64,000 nucleotides of DNA from Sphingomonas sp. Lineage in GTDB: Bacteria > Pseudomonadota > Alphaproteobacteria > Sphingomonadales > Sphingomonadaceae. The DNA lies in the NCBI GenBank assembly GCA_965219075.1, contig CBDCMM010000002.1, forward strand, positions 643,893 through 707,892, written 5' to 3'. A program made the translations under genes and the position numbers. The notes beneath the pieces are model-generated. The model had not been told where the DNA came from and searched no databases. It worked only from the letters and a program-made list of their open reading frames with translations. Below, piece by piece: positions 52,354-63,392 of this stretch (positions within the stretch are counted from its first letter, which is position 1; every line of letters starts with the position of its first letter).

Positions 52354-52402
52354 TCTCGTCTCCATCTATCTGCGCGGCATCACCGCGCCTGTCCCTTCGG
52401 CA

Positions 52403-53113
52403 TCATCCGGACGCCGCGGTTTGCTCGGTCGCTCCCCAGATCGGGTTGTCGATCTTGGTCAAAAACGCTGCATGTGCCGCGCATTCTCCCTCACTCGCGC
52501 GAAAAACACGCACCGGCCGGATTTTCCTGGCCGGGACATCGCCGACGGGCGGTGCCGCGACCGCAACCGCAATATTGCTGACCAGCCCAAGGCCGATCTG
52601 ACGACCGCCCGTCAGTTCGACATAGACCTGAGCCAGCAGCTGGGCATCCAGCAAGGCTCCGTGCAGGACGCGGTGACTGCGGTCGATGCCGTAACGGCTG
52701 CACAGCGCATCGAGCGAATGTTTGGCCCCGGGATGCCGCGTCCGCGCGATCTGCAACGTATCGACCAGCCGCGTCCTGGTGCAAACGGCGCCGCGCCCGC
52801 AGCGCGCAAGCTCGCCATTCAGAAAAGAAAAATCGAACCCGGCATTGTGCGCGATCAGCGGCGCATCACCCAGAAACTCGAGCAACCCCTCCACCGCCTC
52901 GGCAAAGCGCGGCTTGTCGCTCAGGAAATTGGCCGACAGTCCGTGAACGGCGAACGCCTCTGCCGGCATGTCGCGTTCGGGATGATAATAAGCATGGAAC
53001 GTCCGTCCCGTTTCGACCCGGTGAACGAGTTCGACGCAGCCGATCTCGACCATCCGGTCGCCGCCGCCGAAACTCAGGCCCGTGGTTTCGGTATCAAAAA
53101 CGATTTCGCGCAT
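52403..53113 (-). CDS. dnaQ: DNA polymerase III epsilon subunit
   Basis: MREIVFDTETTG, AHNAGFD, HGALLDA. Confidence 0.95.
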   Translation of the reverse strand: MREIVFDTETTGLSFGGGDRMVEIGCVELVHRVETGRTFHAYYHPERDMPAEAFAVHGLSANFLSDKPRFAEAVEGLLEFLGDAPLIAHNAGFDFSFLNGELARCGRGAVCTRTRLVDTLQIARTRHPGAKHSLDALCSRYGIDRSHRVLHGALLDAQLLAQVYVELTGGRQIGLGLVSNIAVAVAAPPVGDVPARKIRPVRVFRASEGECAAHAAFLTKIDNPIWGATEQTAASG

Positions 53114-53121
53114 CCGGCCGG

Positions 53122-53715
53122 TTATCCGTCTTCGCCGCCCGCGACGCAAGCGATCACGCGGCGTGCCTGTTCGCGCGTATCCTCGATCGGACCATCGGTC
53201 GTGATGATGAAATCCGCCCGCGCGCGTTTGTCCGCATCCGGCATTTGCCGCGCCATGATCTGATCGAACCGCTTCTCCGACATTCCAGGGCGCGCAAGGA
53301 CGCGAGCGCGCTGAATATCCGCCGGAGCGGATACGATGATCACCCGGTCAACCCCTGCTTCGCCGCCGGTCTCGAAAAGCAAAGGGACATCGAGGATCAC
53401 GACCGGGGCGTTTGCATGGCTTTTCATGAACGCCGCGCGCTCGTCCGCGACCGCGGGGTGGATGATGGCTTCAAGCCGCCGTAATGCTCGGGGATCATGC
53501 ATCACCCGTGCGCCGAGCGCCGCGCGGTCGACGCCGCTCGACCCCGTCGTGCCCGGAAACTGCGCTTCGATCACATCGACAAGCGCCCCCGCGACGCCCT
53601 GCAACCCGTGAACCACTGCATCCGCATCGAATAGCGGGATCCCTTCGGCCTCGAACATCGCCCCGACGGTCGATTTTCCCATCCCGATCGATCCGGTTAA
53701 ACCGAGTATGATCAA
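53122..53715 (-). CDS. coaE: Dephospho-CoA kinase
   Basis: GLTGSIGMGKST, IIHPAV, DVPLLFE. Confidence 0.95.
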   Translation of the reverse strand: MIILGLTGSIGMGKSTVGAMFEAEGIPLFDADAVVHGLQGVAGALVDVIEAQFPGTTGSSGVDRAALGARVMHDPRALRRLEAIIHPAVADERAAFMKSHANAPVVILDVPLLFETGGEAGVDRVIIVSAPADIQRARVLARPGMSEKRFDQIMARQMPDADKRARADFIITTDGPIEDTREQARRVIACVAGGEDG

Positions 53716-54524
53716 GCGGTTAGCCTTTTGCGCAGCACCTCGTCCTGCTCGCGCGGCGGAGCCTGCCCGAACAGGATCTCAAACGCCACCGCCGCCTGCC
53801 CTATCAGCATCTCCAACCCGTCAATTACCTCCATCCCCCTACCTCGCGCTTCGCGCAAAAGCGCGGTTTCCTGCGGGTTATAGACAATGTCATAGACGAT
53901 CGCGTCGTCGTTCATCCGCGACAGATCGAGCTCCAGCGGCGGCTGACCGACCATGCCGAGACTGGTTGCGTTGACCAGCAATGCCGATGCCGGGACAACC
54001 GATCCGAGCGGCAATGCGTGCCCCTTCAAACCGAAAGCCGATAATAAAGCGCTTGCTTTCAAAGGGTTACGGTTCAGTATCGTGACGCTGCCAACTTCCA
54101 TTTGTGCAAGCGCGAACAGGATCGCACGCGCCGCGCCCCCCGCCCCGGCAAGCGTGACGTCCGAACCCTTCAGATCGAAGCCGGCAAGCGGAGCATAAAA
54201 TCCCGCAGCATCCGTGTTCGTCCCGAAAACGACGCCCTCCTCGTCTCTTGCGGCAAGATTGATCGCGCCGATCGACGTCCGGACGCCGCCCGGGTCCGCA
54301 ATATGCGTCAGTGCAGTGACCTTGTGCGGCAGGGTTATGTTGCATCCGCGCCAGTCCGGGTCATGCTTTCGCTGATTGAAGTAATCCTCGAGCGCGGTTG
54401 GGGCGACATGCGTCGCACGGTAGTCGGCCTCGATCGCCAACGCCTGCAGCCAGAAATTATGGATGATCGGGGATTTGGAGTGCGCGATCGGATCGCCGAT
54501 AACCTCGGCAAAAACACCGGTCAT
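53712..54524 (-). CDS. aroE: Shikimate dehydrogenase
   Basis: GDPIAHSKSP, NITLPHK, NTD, GAGGAARA, DGLEMLIGQA. Confidence 0.93.
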   Translation of the reverse strand: MTGVFAEVIGDPIAHSKSPIIHNFWLQALAIEADYRATHVAPTALEDYFNQRKHDPDWRGCNITLPHKVTALTHIADPGGVRTSIGAINLAARDEEGVVFGTNTDAAGFYAPLAGFDLKGSDVTLAGAGGAARAILFALAQMEVGSVTILNRNPLKASALLSAFGLKGHALPLGSVVPASALLVNATSLGMVGQPPLELDLSRMNDDAIVYDIVYNPQETALLREARGRGMEVIDGLEMLIGQAAVAFEILFGQAPPREQDEVLRKRLTA

Positions 54525-55111
54525 ATCGTGATCACCCCACGTTCCCGCAGATAGTCCAGGACGGAGAGTAGCGGTAATCCGAGCACGGTGAAATGGCTTC
54601 CTTCGATACGCTCGAACAGTTGCGGGCCCAGCGCCTCGATCCGGTAGCAGCCGACGCATCCTGCGATCGCGGGCCATTCGGCGTCGAGATAGGATTCTAG
54701 GAACCGATCCGAAAACGCGCGAACATGCATCGCCGCGCGTTCGGCATGGCGCCAGACGGCACGGCCATCCTCCACTATCACTGCCGCGCTCCAGATGTCA
54801 TGAACGGAACCGCGCATCCGGCGGAGATGGTCCGCCGCTTCGGCGCGATCGCGCGGTTTGTCGAGCATTTTACCGTCTGCCAGAGCAACGATGGAATCGC
54901 TGCCGAGAACCAGCTTGCCGGGTTCGGACGTCGAAACCCTGATTGCCTTCATTTCCGCAAGCGCACCCGCAATCCCCCGCGGGGACAGATCGGCAAGCAA
55001 CGACTTGGCAGCATTCTCATCGACATACGACGGCATCACCGAATACGGAACGCCCGCCGCACTCAGCATGGCACGACGCGATACGCTTTGCGACGCAAGG
55101 ATCAGCGTCAC
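54521..55111 (-). CDS. maf: Maf-family nucleotide pyrophosphatase
   Basis: LILASQSVSRR, LGSDS, DKPRD, GLPL; GTG start overlapping the upstream stop. Confidence 0.92.
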   Translation of the reverse strand: MTLILASQSVSRRAMLSAAGVPYSVMPSYVDENAAKSLLADLSPRGIAGALAEMKAIRVSTSEPGKLVLGSDSIVALADGKMLDKPRDRAEAADHLRRMRGSVHDIWSAAVIVEDGRAVWRHAERAAMHVRAFSDRFLESYLDAEWPAIAGCVGCYRIEALGPQLFERIEGSHFTVLGLPLLSVLDYLRERGVITI

Positions 55112-55926
55112 GACCGCCCGGACCTGCGGTCGTTGCACAGGGCGATAATCGCTGCGGCGGTTTCTTCGATCGATCGCCGCGTGACGTCGATCACCGGCCA
55201 GTCGTTGTCTGCGAACATCCGCCGCGCGAACGCGATCTCGCGCAGAACGGCGTCCTGCCTTACATAATCGGTGTCGGGGGTCTGGCTGAGCGATAGCAGG
55301 CGGTTGCGCCGGATCTGGATCAACCGGTCCGCACTGGTGGTCAGCCCGACGATCAAGGGGTGCCGGAGAGCGAACAGCAAGGACGGCGGCGGGCTTTCGA
55401 CCACGATCGGGATGTTGGCGGTCTTGTATCCGCGATTGGCAAGATAGATCGAGGTCGGGGTCTTCGACGTACGGCTGACACCCGCAAGCAGAATGTCGGC
55501 TTCTTCCCATTCCTCCCAAGCCACACCGTCGTCATGCGCGATCGTGAACTGGATTGCGTCGACACGGGCGAAATAGGCGGCGTCGAGAACGTGCTGCCGC
55601 CCGGGCCGGGCCTTGGCCTGCTGGCCGAGCATGCCCGAAAGCGCGTCGTTGACCGGATCGAGCGGCGCAACGACAGGCAAGCCGAGCGCCCGGCAGCGCT
55701 GTTCCAGCACGCGCCGCGTCTGCGGATTGACCACCGTAAAGATAACCAGGCCCGGGCTTTGCGCGATTTCCTGCAAGATGCGTTCCAAATGCATCTCGGT
55801 TCGCACCATCGGCCAGAAATGACGGACGGTCTCAACATCGTCATATTGCGCAAGCGCCGCATTGGCGATGTTTTCGAGCGTCTCACCGGTTGAATCGGAG
55901 AGCAGATGGAGGTGCAAGCGCGTCAA
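55108..55926 (-). CDS. ppsR: Pyruvate,water dikinase regulatory protein (DUF299)
   Basis: HLLSDSTGET, AHDDG, GVSRTSKTPTSIYLA; probable TTG start. Confidence 0.92.
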   Translation of the reverse strand: MTRLHLHLLSDSTGETLENIANAALAQYDDVETVRHFWPMVRTEMHLERILQEIAQSPGLVIFTVVNPQTRRVLEQRCRALGLPVVAPLDPVNDALSGMLGQQAKARPGRQHVLDAAYFARVDAIQFTIAHDDGVAWEEWEEADILLAGVSRTSKTPTSIYLANRGYKTANIPIVVESPPPSLLFALRHPLIVGLTTSADRLIQIRRNRLLSLSQTPDTDYVRQDAVLREIAFARRMFADNDWPVIDVTRRSIEETAAAIIALCNDRRSGRS

Positions 55927-56230
55927 GGCCACGCCCGGGATCGATCTGTGGATAACATCGGTATAACGGCTAGCGTAAGTAAGGCGATGCGCCAAGCGAA
56001 GCCGCGACGGTGGATAACCGGGTAGTTATCAACATTTTTCTACCGTCGCTGCGCATTCGTCCACAGCGTGTGAATCAAGGGCAGGACTTTTGCGACTCCG
56101 AACGATTGATCGCTCCCGGCCGAGTCAAGATGTTGGCATTTCCGGGACGCCCGCATAAGCCACGCCAATCACACGCCAACTACAACAACAGACTCCTTAA
56201 GATTCTCTTTAAATGAAATAGGAGGTTTGA
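55927..56230. other. Probable chromosomal replication origin (oriC)
   Basis: DnaA boxes TGTGGATAA (55947-55955, perfect), GGTGGATAA (56009-56017), TTATCAACA (56026-56034), weaker TCGTCCACA (56057-56065) and TGTGAATCA (56069-56077); five GANTC sites; AT-rich tract 56178-56220; hemE adjacent; gene-strand switch. Confidence 0.88.
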
Positions 56231-57280
56231 CTGACCGACCCGTTCGTTGCCACCTGCGCTGACAAACCGCTGCTCGACATTTTGATGCGCAAAGCATCGG
56301 ACGTCACACCGATCTGGCTGATGCGGCAGGCGGGTCGCTATCTTCCCGAATACCGTGCCCTTCGCGCGCAAAAGGGTGGTTTCCTTGCGCTCGCAAGCGA
56401 CCCGGAGACTGCTGCGGAGGTTACGTTGCAACCGATCCGCCGGTTCGGCTTTGACGGGGCGATCCTGTTTTCGGATATATTGATGGTCCCCTGGGCGCTG
56501 GGGCAGGATCTGACCTTCGGTCCTGGTGAAGGACCGCGGCTCGCCCCGCCTTTGATCGATACCGCCCTCAGCGCCCTGAATAACGCCCCACAGCGCTTGC
56601 AACCGGTCTACCGAACGGTTGCCCGGGTGGCAGCCGCCTTGCCTTCCCAAACCAGTTTTCTGGGCTTCGCGGGATCGCCCTGGACGGTCGCAACCTATAT
56701 GGTCGCCGGGCGGGGCAGCAAGGACCAGGGGGAGACGCGGCGCTTCGCTTACCGCGACCCCGCTGCCTTTGCCGAGATCATCGACGCGATCGCGGAAACA
56801 ACGATCGACTATCTCGCCGGTCAGATCGAGGCCGGGGTGGAGGCGGTGCAATTGTTCGACAGCTGGGCCGGATCGCTCAGTCCCGAACAGTTCGAACGCT
56901 GGGTGATCGAGCCCAATGCGAGAATCGTTGCGGGCCTAAAGGAACGGTGTCCGGCCGTTCCGGTGATCGGATTTCCAAAGGGCGCGGGTGCCAAACTCAG
57001 CGCTTACGCGGAGCGCACCGGTGTCGACGCCATTGGGCTCGATGAAACGGTTGATCCCGTCTGGGCCGACAGATCGTTGCCTGCCGGGATGCCGGTCCAG
57101 GGTAATCTCGATCCGCTTGCGCTGGTAACGGGGGGCGAGACGCTCGGCCGTGCGGCCGATCATATCCTTGATGCCTTTCGGGATCGTCCGCATATCTTCA
57201 ACCTCGGTCACGGCATCCTGCCCGATACACCCGTCGCGCATGTCGAGACACTGGTCGAACGGGTCCGGAGTCGTGGGTAG
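56231..57280 (+). CDS. hemE: Uroporphyrinogen decarboxylase (probable CTG start)
   Basis: WLMRQAGRYLPEY, FSDIL, FDSW, VQGNLDP, FNLGHG; GGAGG at 56221-56225. Confidence 0.95.
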   Translation: MTDPFVATCADKPLLDILMRKASDVTPIWLMRQAGRYLPEYRALRAQKGGFLALASDPETAAEVTLQPIRRFGFDGAILFSDILMVPWALGQDLTFGPGEGPRLAPPLIDTALSALNNAPQRLQPVYRTVARVAAALPSQTSFLGFAGSPWTVATYMVAGRGSKDQGETRRFAYRDPAAFAEIIDAIAETTIDYLAGQIEAGVEAVQLFDSWAGSLSPEQFERWVIEPNARIVAGLKERCPAVPVIGFPKGAGAKLSAYAERTGVDAIGLDETVDPVWADRSLPAGMPVQGNLDPLALVTGGETLGRAADHILDAFRDRPHIFNLGHGILPDTPVAHVETLVERVRSRG

Positions 57281-57727
57281 ATGGAGTATTTTGCCGTGAC
57301 CTATTACTGGCTTCTCGCCGCGCACCTCATCTTTGTGATCTTCTGGATGGCCGGGCTTTTCATGCTGCCGCGCTATCTTGTCTATCATCAAGAGGCGCTG
57401 GTTGCCGGGCGTACGGACGAAGCCGCGTCATGGGTGGAGCGCGAGAAGAAAATCCGCGCCATCATCCTTACCCCGGCGATCATCGTCGTCTGGCTGCTCG
57501 GCATCGCGCTCGCAACGATCGGCCATCACTGGGCGGAAGGGTGGCTGGGGGCAAAACTGGTCGTCGTCCTTGCGCTGTCCGCCTATCACGGCTGGATGGT
57601 CGGCTATGCGCGCAAGTTGGCGAGCGGCGAGCACAGGCTTGCCGGCAAGACGTTGAGGCTGTTGAACGAAGTACCGGCGCTCGCCGTGACCTTCATCGTA
57701 ATCCTGGCGGTCGTCAAACCGTTCTGA
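57281..57727 (+). CDS. hemJ: Protoporphyrinogen IX oxidase HemJ
   Basis: HLIFVIFWMAGLFMLPRYLVYH, RLLNEVP; directly after hemE. Confidence 0.88.
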   Translation: MEYFAVTYYWLLAAHLIFVIFWMAGLFMLPRYLVYHQEALVAGRTDEAASWVEREKKIRAIILTPAIIVVWLLGIALATIGHHWAEGWLGAKLVVVLALSAYHGWMVGYARKLASGEHRLAGKTLRLLNEVPALAVTFIVILAVVKPF

Positions 57728-57732
57728 GCCGC

Positions 57733-57760
57733 TTGACTTCGCATGAGGCGCGGCATAGTC
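57733..57760 (+). promoter_or_regulatory. Possible sigma70 promoter of rho
   Basis: TTGACT...GCATAGTC about 125 nt upstream of the ATG. Confidence 0.35.
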
Positions 57761-57885
57761 CGGCAATAACCGCGGATGAGGCGTATCGCCGACGTGCCGT
57801 GCGTATCTCCTCAAGCATCGTGTCGCCCGCACAAATCGCCGCCGTCCGAGCATAATATCCAACCGATCCTGCATCCGGAAATCCC

Positions 57886-59142
57886 ATGCATCTGAAAGAC
57901 CTGAAGAAAAAGAAGCCCGCCGAACTGGTCAGCATGGCCGAGGAATTGGGTGTCGAAGGCGCATCGACGCTGCGCAAACAGGACCTGATGTTTGCTATCC
58001 TCAAGGTTCAAGCGGAAAACGGCGACCAGATCATGGGCCTCGGCACCATAGAGGTGCTGCCTGACGGGTTCGGTTTTCTCCGCAGTCCGGAGGCGAATTA
58101 CCTTGCCGGGCCGGACGACATCTACATTTCGCCCAATCAAGTGCGCAAATTCGGTCTGCGCACCGGTGACACGGTCGAAGGCGAGATCCGCGGTCCCAAG
58201 GACGGTGAGCGGTATTTCGCACTGATCCGGCTGACGTCGGTCAATTTCGATGATCCCGACGCCGTTCGCCACCGGGTCAATTTCGACAATCTGACCCCGC
58301 TTTACCCCGAGCAAAAACTGACGCTCGACCCGGAGGATCCGACGCAGAAGGACAAGTCGGCGCGGGTCATCGATATCATCTCTCCGCAGGGCAAGGGCCA
58401 GCGCACGCTGATCGTCGCGCCGCCGCGGGTCGGCAAGACGGTGATGCTGCAGAACATTGCCAAGGCGATCACGGATAATCATCCGGAAGTGTTCCTGCTG
58501 GTGCTGCTGATCGATGAGCGGCCCGAGGAAGTGACCGACATGCAGCGCAGCGTAAAGGGCGAGGTGGTCAGCTCGACCTTTGACGAACCCGCGCAACGGC
58601 ATGTGCAAGTCGCTGAAATGGTGATCGAAAAGGCGAAAAGGCTGGTCGAGCACAAGAAAGACGTCGTGATCCTGCTTGACAGTATCACGCGCCTCGGCCG
58701 CGCCTACAACACCGTCGTTCCATCGTCGGGCAAGGTACTGACGGGTGGTGTCGATGCCAACGCGCTGCAACGTCCTAAACGCTTTTTCGGTGCTGCGCGC
58801 AACATCGAGGAGGGTGGATCGCTATCGATCATCGCGACCGCGCTGATCGATACCGGCAGCCGGATGGACGAGGTGATCTTCGAAGAATTCAAGGGCACCG
58901 GCAATTCCGAGATCGTGCTCGACCGCAAGGTTGCCGACAAGCGGATCTTCCCGGCGCTGGACGTCGGAAAGTCCGGGACACGCAAGGAAGAATTGCTTGT
59001 CGACAAGGGCAAGCTGTCGAAAATGTGGGTTCTTCGCCGCATCCTCATGCAGATGGGGACGATCGACGCAATGGAGTTCCTGCTCGATAAGATGAAGGAT
59101 TCCAAGAGCAACGAGAACTTCTTCGACAGTATGAATCAGTAG
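57886..59142 (+). CDS. rho: Transcription termination factor Rho
   Basis: [38 protein letters not shown]. Confidence 0.98.
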   Translation: MHLKDLKKKKPAELVSMAEELGVEGASTLRKQDLMFAILKVQAENGDQIMGLGTIEVLPDGFGFLRSPEANYLAGPDDIYISPNQVRKFGLRTGDTVEGEIRGPKDGERYFALIRLTSVNFDDPDAVRHRVNFDNLTPLYPEQKLTLDPEDPTQKDKSARVIDIISPQGKGQRTLIVAPPRVGKTVMLQNIAKAITDNHPEVFLLVLLIDERPEEVTDMQRSVKGEVVSSTFDEPAQRHVQVAEMVIEKAKRLVEHKKDVVILLDSITRLGRAYNTVVPSSGKVLTGGVDANALQRPKRFFGAARNIEEGGSLSIIATALIDTGSRMDEVIFEEFKGTGNSEIVLDRKVADKRIFPALDVGKSGTRKEELLVDKGKLSKMWVLRRILMQMGTIDAMEFLLDKMKDSKSNENFFDSMNQ

Positions 59143-59196
59143 CGGCTATCGGGCCGGCGGGCATCGATCGACCGTGTATCGCCGTCGACAATCTCG

Positions 59197-59898
59197 TTAC
59201 ACGAGATTGTCGCGGAAGAATTTTGCGGTGCGATCGTCCGCCAGATTTGCTGACGCGTCCGATCGTCGGCTCCCGAATTCGGTTGCAAAGCCGTGATCTT
59301 CGCCGGGATAATCGTACAGCATAACCTTGGGATTATTGTCCAGCCCCTGATGCATCGCCCGCTGGCTTGCCTTGTCGACGAAATGATCATCCTGCGGAAT
59401 GTGAAGAAGTACGGGATGTGCGATCGCGGATTGTTCGCGGAGTAGATTATCGATCCCGACCCCGTAATATCCGACGCTTGCATCGATATCCGTTCGGGTC
59501 GCCGTCATGAAGGCCAGGCGTCCCCCGAGACAATAACCGACCGCACCAACCTTTGCTCCGTCCGGAAGCTTGGTCTTGACGTGTTTTATCGTCGCCTCGA
59601 TATCGCGGATGCCCAGGTCCTGATCGAATTTGCCCATCAGGGTCAGCGCACGCTGCATCTCGGGTTCGATATCGGGGTCGAGTTCTATGCCCGGCTCAAG
59701 CCGCCAAAACAGGTCGGGCGCTATGGCCAGATAGCCGTCCTCGGCCAGCCGGTCGCATTTGCGACGGATGCCTGCGTTGACACCGAAGATTTCCTGAATG
59801 ACGACAATCGCCGCTTTTGCGCTGGTTTTAGGTTCCGCGACATAGGCTATGAACGTTTGCCTGCCGTCCAAAGTTGTGATCTGCGTCGTCGTTGTCAT
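59197..59898 (-). CDS. Dienelactone hydrolase-family protein
   Basis: QEIFGVN, GYCLGG nucleophile motif, EDHGF. Confidence 0.9.
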   Translation of the reverse strand: MTTTTQITTLDGRQTFIAYVAEPKTSAKAAIVVIQEIFGVNAGIRRKCDRLAEDGYLAIAPDLFWRLEPGIELDPDIEPEMQRALTLMGKFDQDLGIRDIEATIKHVKTKLPDGAKVGAVGYCLGGRLAFMTATRTDIDASVGYYGVGIDNLLREQSAIAHPVLLHIPQDDHFVDKASQRAMHQGLDNNPKVMLYDYPGEDHGFATEFGSRRSDASANLADDRTAKFFRDNLV

Positions 59899-60022
59899 GG
59901 TTCGCGTCTCCAGAATGCCTATCGCGATCAACGCCGGACCTGTCGTCGACGTTGCAGCACGTGCCGATTCACCGCATAAACGGGCGGGCGAACGGAGAGG
60001 TCAACGAAGCGGGGCGGATGCG

Positions 60023-60256
60023 ATGAAGGTTCATGTGGAAGTTGATCTGACGCCGGAGGAGGCGCGGCGGGCGGTCGGGTTGCCGGACCTTACGCCGGTG
60101 CACGACCGGTACATCGCGATCCTGACGGACGCAATGGAGCATGGAGTGAAACCCGAAATGCTGGAGGCGATGGTCCGTAACTGGTCACCGGTAGGGGAGG
60201 CGCAATTGGGGTTCTGGCGGCGGATGTTCGACGGGACGACTTCGTCAAGCGATTGA
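60023..60256 (+). CDS. Small conserved protein (DUF6489-like)
   Basis: MKVHVEVDLTPEEARRAVGLPDL. Confidence 0.7.
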   Translation: MKVHVEVDLTPEEARRAVGLPDLTPVHDRYIAILTDAMEHGVKPEMLEAMVRNWSPVGEAQLGFWRRMFDGTTSSSD

Positions 60257-60258
60257 AA

Positions 60259-61539
60259 ATGAAGACGATTTTTGCTGTCTCCAGCGGGCGGCCGCCGGCG
60301 GCAATCGCGATCATCCGGTTAAGCGGCAGCCGCGCTTTTGCGGCCGGGGAGGCGCTCGGCGGACGGTTGCCGGCGGTGGGGCAGGCAGGATTACGCGCGT
60401 TGCGCGACAGCAGTGGAGCGTTGCTGGATCGCGCGCTGGTCCTTCGGTTTGCCGCTCCCGGCACCGCAACGGGGGAGGATCTGGTCGAATTGCATTGTCA
60501 CGGGGGGCGGGCGGTGGTCGATGCGGTTGAACGCGCGCTTGGTTGTGTCGAAGGGGTGCGCAGGGCGCATGCCGGTGAGTTCACCCGGCGGGCCATGATG
60601 AACGGCAGGATCGACCTGGCGGAGGCGCAGGGGTTTGCGGACTTGCTCGAGGCGCAGACGGAGCGTCAGCGCGTCGCTGCGATCGTGGCTGCTGAGGGCG
60701 TCGTCAGTCGATCGATCCGGACATGGCAGGTCGAGATTACCGCGTTGTCAGCGCGGGTCGAGGCGTTGCTCGATTTTTCCGACGAAGACGATGTCAGGAC
60801 GTCGGGAGATGCCGAGGATGCTTTGGTCGACGACATCAAGGCTCTGGGGCGAGCAATTGCCGAGGCGGCCGGTCGTCCATCGGTCGAGCGGTTGCATGAG
60901 GGGGTGCGGGTGGTGATCGCGGGACCGCCCAACAGCGGGAAGTCGACGCTGCTCAATCTGATGGCTGAGCGTGATGCCGCGATCGTGTCGCCGATCGCGG
61001 GCACCACGCGCGACCGCATCGAAGCGCAGGTCGTGCGGGACGGGATCGTTTATGTGATCACCGATACCGCAGGATTGGTCGATGCAAGTAAAGATCCGAT
61101 CGAGAGGATCGGTGTTACCAGAGCGCAAGAGGCGATGGCTGGCGCGGACATTTTGCTATGGCTCGGAGATGACGAAGGTCCGGAAGCCGCGATCAACGTC
61201 CATTCGCGTGCGGACTTGCCGGGGCGCCATGACCTGCCGGGGAGCAAGGAGGTCGCGATATGCCGGAACGATCCGGGTTCGATTGAGCATCTATGGTCGC
61301 GAATTGCTCGCGCGGCAGATGCGGTGCTGCCCCGGACCGACGATCTTCCGTTGCGGCGGGCGCAGCGGGAGGCTTGCCGATCGGTTGCCGACGAATTGTT
61401 GTCTGTATGCGGTCTTGATTTGTTGGTGACAGCGGAGCGTTTGAGGACGGCGCGTAACGTATTGGGCGCAATGCGGGGAGAGAACGCTACCGAAGCTATG
61501 CTGGATGCGCTATTCGCGCGCTTCTGTATCGGGAAATAA
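60259..61539 (+). CDS. mnmE: tRNA modification GTPase MnmE
   Basis: [47 protein letters not shown] terminus. Confidence 0.96.
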   Translation: MKTIFAVSSGRPPAAIAIIRLSGSRAFAAGEALGGRLPAVGQAGLRALRDSSGALLDRALVLRFAAPGTATGEDLVELHCHGGRAVVDAVERALGCVEGVRRAHAGEFTRRAMMNGRIDLAEAQGFADLLEAQTERQRVAAIVAAEGVVSRSIRTWQVEITALSARVEALLDFSDEDDVRTSGDAEDALVDDIKALGRAIAEAAGRPSVERLHEGVRVVIAGPPNSGKSTLLNLMAERDAAIVSPIAGTTRDRIEAQVVRDGIVYVITDTAGLVDASKDPIERIGVTRAQEAMAGADILLWLGDDEGPEAAINVHSRADLPGRHDLPGSKEVAICRNDPGSIEHLWSRIARAADAVLPRTDDLPLRRAQREACRSVADELLSVCGLDLLVTAERLRTARNVLGAMRGENATEAMLDALFARFCIGK

Positions 61540-63392
61540 TGTTCCACGTGAAACAAGTCTGGGATGTGATTGTCGTCGGCGGTGGGCACGCCGGAGTCGA
61601 GGCGGCGACAGCGTCGGCACGGCGCGGCGCACGCACTTTGATGCTGACGTTCGACCGGACGAAAATCGGTGCGATGTCCTGCAACCCGGCCTTTGGTGGA
61701 TTGGGTAAGGGCCAAATCGTCCGGGAAATCGACGCGTTTGACGGGTTAATGGCGAGGTGCGCCGATGCGGCGGCCATCCATTACCGGATGCTCAACCGAA
61801 GCAAGGGGTCCGCGGTCCAGGGTCCGCGTGTGCAGGCTGACCGCAAGCTCTATGCATCGGCCGTCCAGCGCATGGTGGCTGAAACGGATAATCTTACCAT
61901 CATTGAGGGCGAAGCCTCTGCATTGCTGATACGCGGCGACCGGGTGGCAGGTTTGACGCTGAGCGATGGGTCCGAGCTTTCTGCACGGACAGTAATCCTG
62001 GCAACGGGTACGTTTCTCGGCGGGCGGCTTTTCCGCGGGGAGATGCGGATGGAGGGTGGGCGGATCGGCGAGGCCGCGGCAAAGCCGATCGCGGATCAGC
62101 TGCGAGCGCTGAGCCTGCCGATGGGACGGATGAAAACCGGAACCCCGCCGCGCGTCGACGGGCGAACGATCGACTGGGCGCGGCTGGCGGAACAGCCTTC
62201 GGATTCAGATCGATGGACCATGTCGCCAATGTCGCAGGATAGGCGCCAGCCACAGATCGCGTGCGGGATAACGCGGACAACGCCCGCAACACATGAGATC
62301 ATTGCAGAAGCGGCGGACCGGTCGCCGTTATTCAGCGGCGCGATCGAAAGCGGGGGGCCGCGTTACTGTCCCTCGATCGAGGACAAGGTCCGCAGGTTCG
62401 GTGATCGTGACGGACATCAGATTTTTCTGGAGCCGGAGGGACTGGATGATCCGCTAATATATCCGAACGGGATATCGACATCGCTTCCCACAGACGTGCA
62501 GCAGGAGATGATCGCGACGATTCCGGGCCTGGAGCGCGCAAAAATCGTCGTGCCGGGTTATGCGGTGGAATACGATCATATCGATCCGCGTGCGCTCGAC
62601 CGTCGTCTGGCGCTTGAAGCGATGCCTGGATTATATCTGGCGGGCCAGATCAATGGGACCACGGGATATGAGGAAGCCGGGGGACAGGGGCTTGTCGCGG
62701 GGTTGAACGCGGCGGGCGAGGCATTGGGACTACCCGCCGTCGATCTGGATCGTGCGTCGAGCTATATCGGCGTGATGATCGATGATCTGACGCTGCAGGG
62801 CGTCACGGAGCCGTATCGGATGCTGACGGCGCGAGCCGAATTCCGGCTGTCTTTGCGTGCGGATAATGCGTCGACCCGCTTGTGCCATATTGTGGAGCAG
62901 ATGGGATGTACCGGCGCGGAGCGGCGGGCTTTTAACGCCGGGCGTGTACGGCAAACTGCCCTATTTCGGGAACGTCTTGAGGTAGAGCGCTCCGCAAATT
63001 TCCTGGCTCTTCGCGGCGCTACTGTCGCGCAGGACGGTGCGCGGCGCAGCGCTTTCGACTGGTTGCGTTTCGACGGCGTCGCGCTGCCGCACGTCGCGCC
63101 GGGGGCGTCAGAGGATATCGCTCCAGAAATTGTCTCCGAGATTCTGGAAGATGCGCGCTACGCCCCGTACCTTGCTCGACAAAGCGAGGAAGTTCGTCAA
63201 TTGCGCTCGGACGAGGCGGTCGGAATCGATCCGGGCCTTGACTATGGGCAGATCCCGGGTCTTTCGCTTGAAATGGTGGATCGATTGTCGGCGGCGCGCC
63301 CTGGCTCCTTGGCCGCCGCTGCGCGTATTCGCGGGATCACTCCGGCCGCATTATCTGCCGTCCTGGTGCATGTGAAACGTCGCGCTGCGTGA
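61539..63392 (+). CDS. mnmG: tRNA uridine-5-carboxymethylaminomethyl modification enzyme MnmG (GidA)
   Basis: [45 protein letters not shown]. Confidence 0.97.
   Translation: MFHVKQVWDVIVVGGGHAGVEAATASARRGARTLMLTFDRTKIGAMSCNPAFGGLGKGQIVREIDAFDGLMARCADAAAIHYRMLNRSKGSAVQGPRVQADRKLYASAVQRMVAETDNLTIIEGEASALLIRGDRVAGLTLSDGSELSARTVILATGTFLGGRLFRGEMRMEGGRIGEAAAKPIADQLRALSLPMGRMKTGTPPRVDGRTIDWARLAEQPSDSDRWTMSPMSQDRRQPQIACGITRTTPATHEIIAEAADRSPLFSGAIESGGPRYCPSIEDKVRRFGDRDGHQIFLEPEGLDDPLIYPNGISTSLPTDVQQEMIATIPGLERAKIVVPGYAVEYDHIDPRALDRRLALEAMPGLYLAGQINGTTGYEEAGGQGLVAGLNAAGEALGLPAVDLDRASSYIGVMIDDLTLQGVTEPYRMLTARAEFRLSLRADNASTRLCHIVEQMGCTGAERRAFNAGRVRQTALFRERLEVERSANFLALRGATVAQDGARRSAFDWLRFDGVALPHVAPGASEDIAPEIVSEILEDARYAPYLARQSEEVRQLRSDEAVGIDPGLDYGQIPGLSLEMVDRLSAARPGSLAAAARIRGITPAALSAVLVHVKRRAA
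61540..61555. other. parS centromere site overlapping the mnmG start
   Basis: TGTTCCACGTGAAACA, matching TGTTNCACGTGAAACA. Confidence 0.9.

Noticed and set aside
56197-56212. CtrA box in the origin (TTAA...TTAA)
   Set aside because: The spacer is 8 nt rather than the canonical 7; not supportable without binding data.
57811-58770. 319-aa ORF on - strand
   Set aside because: Antisense shadow of rho.
63364-63379. Third functional parS
   Set aside because: Four mismatches to the symmetric consensus; mentioned only as a relic.
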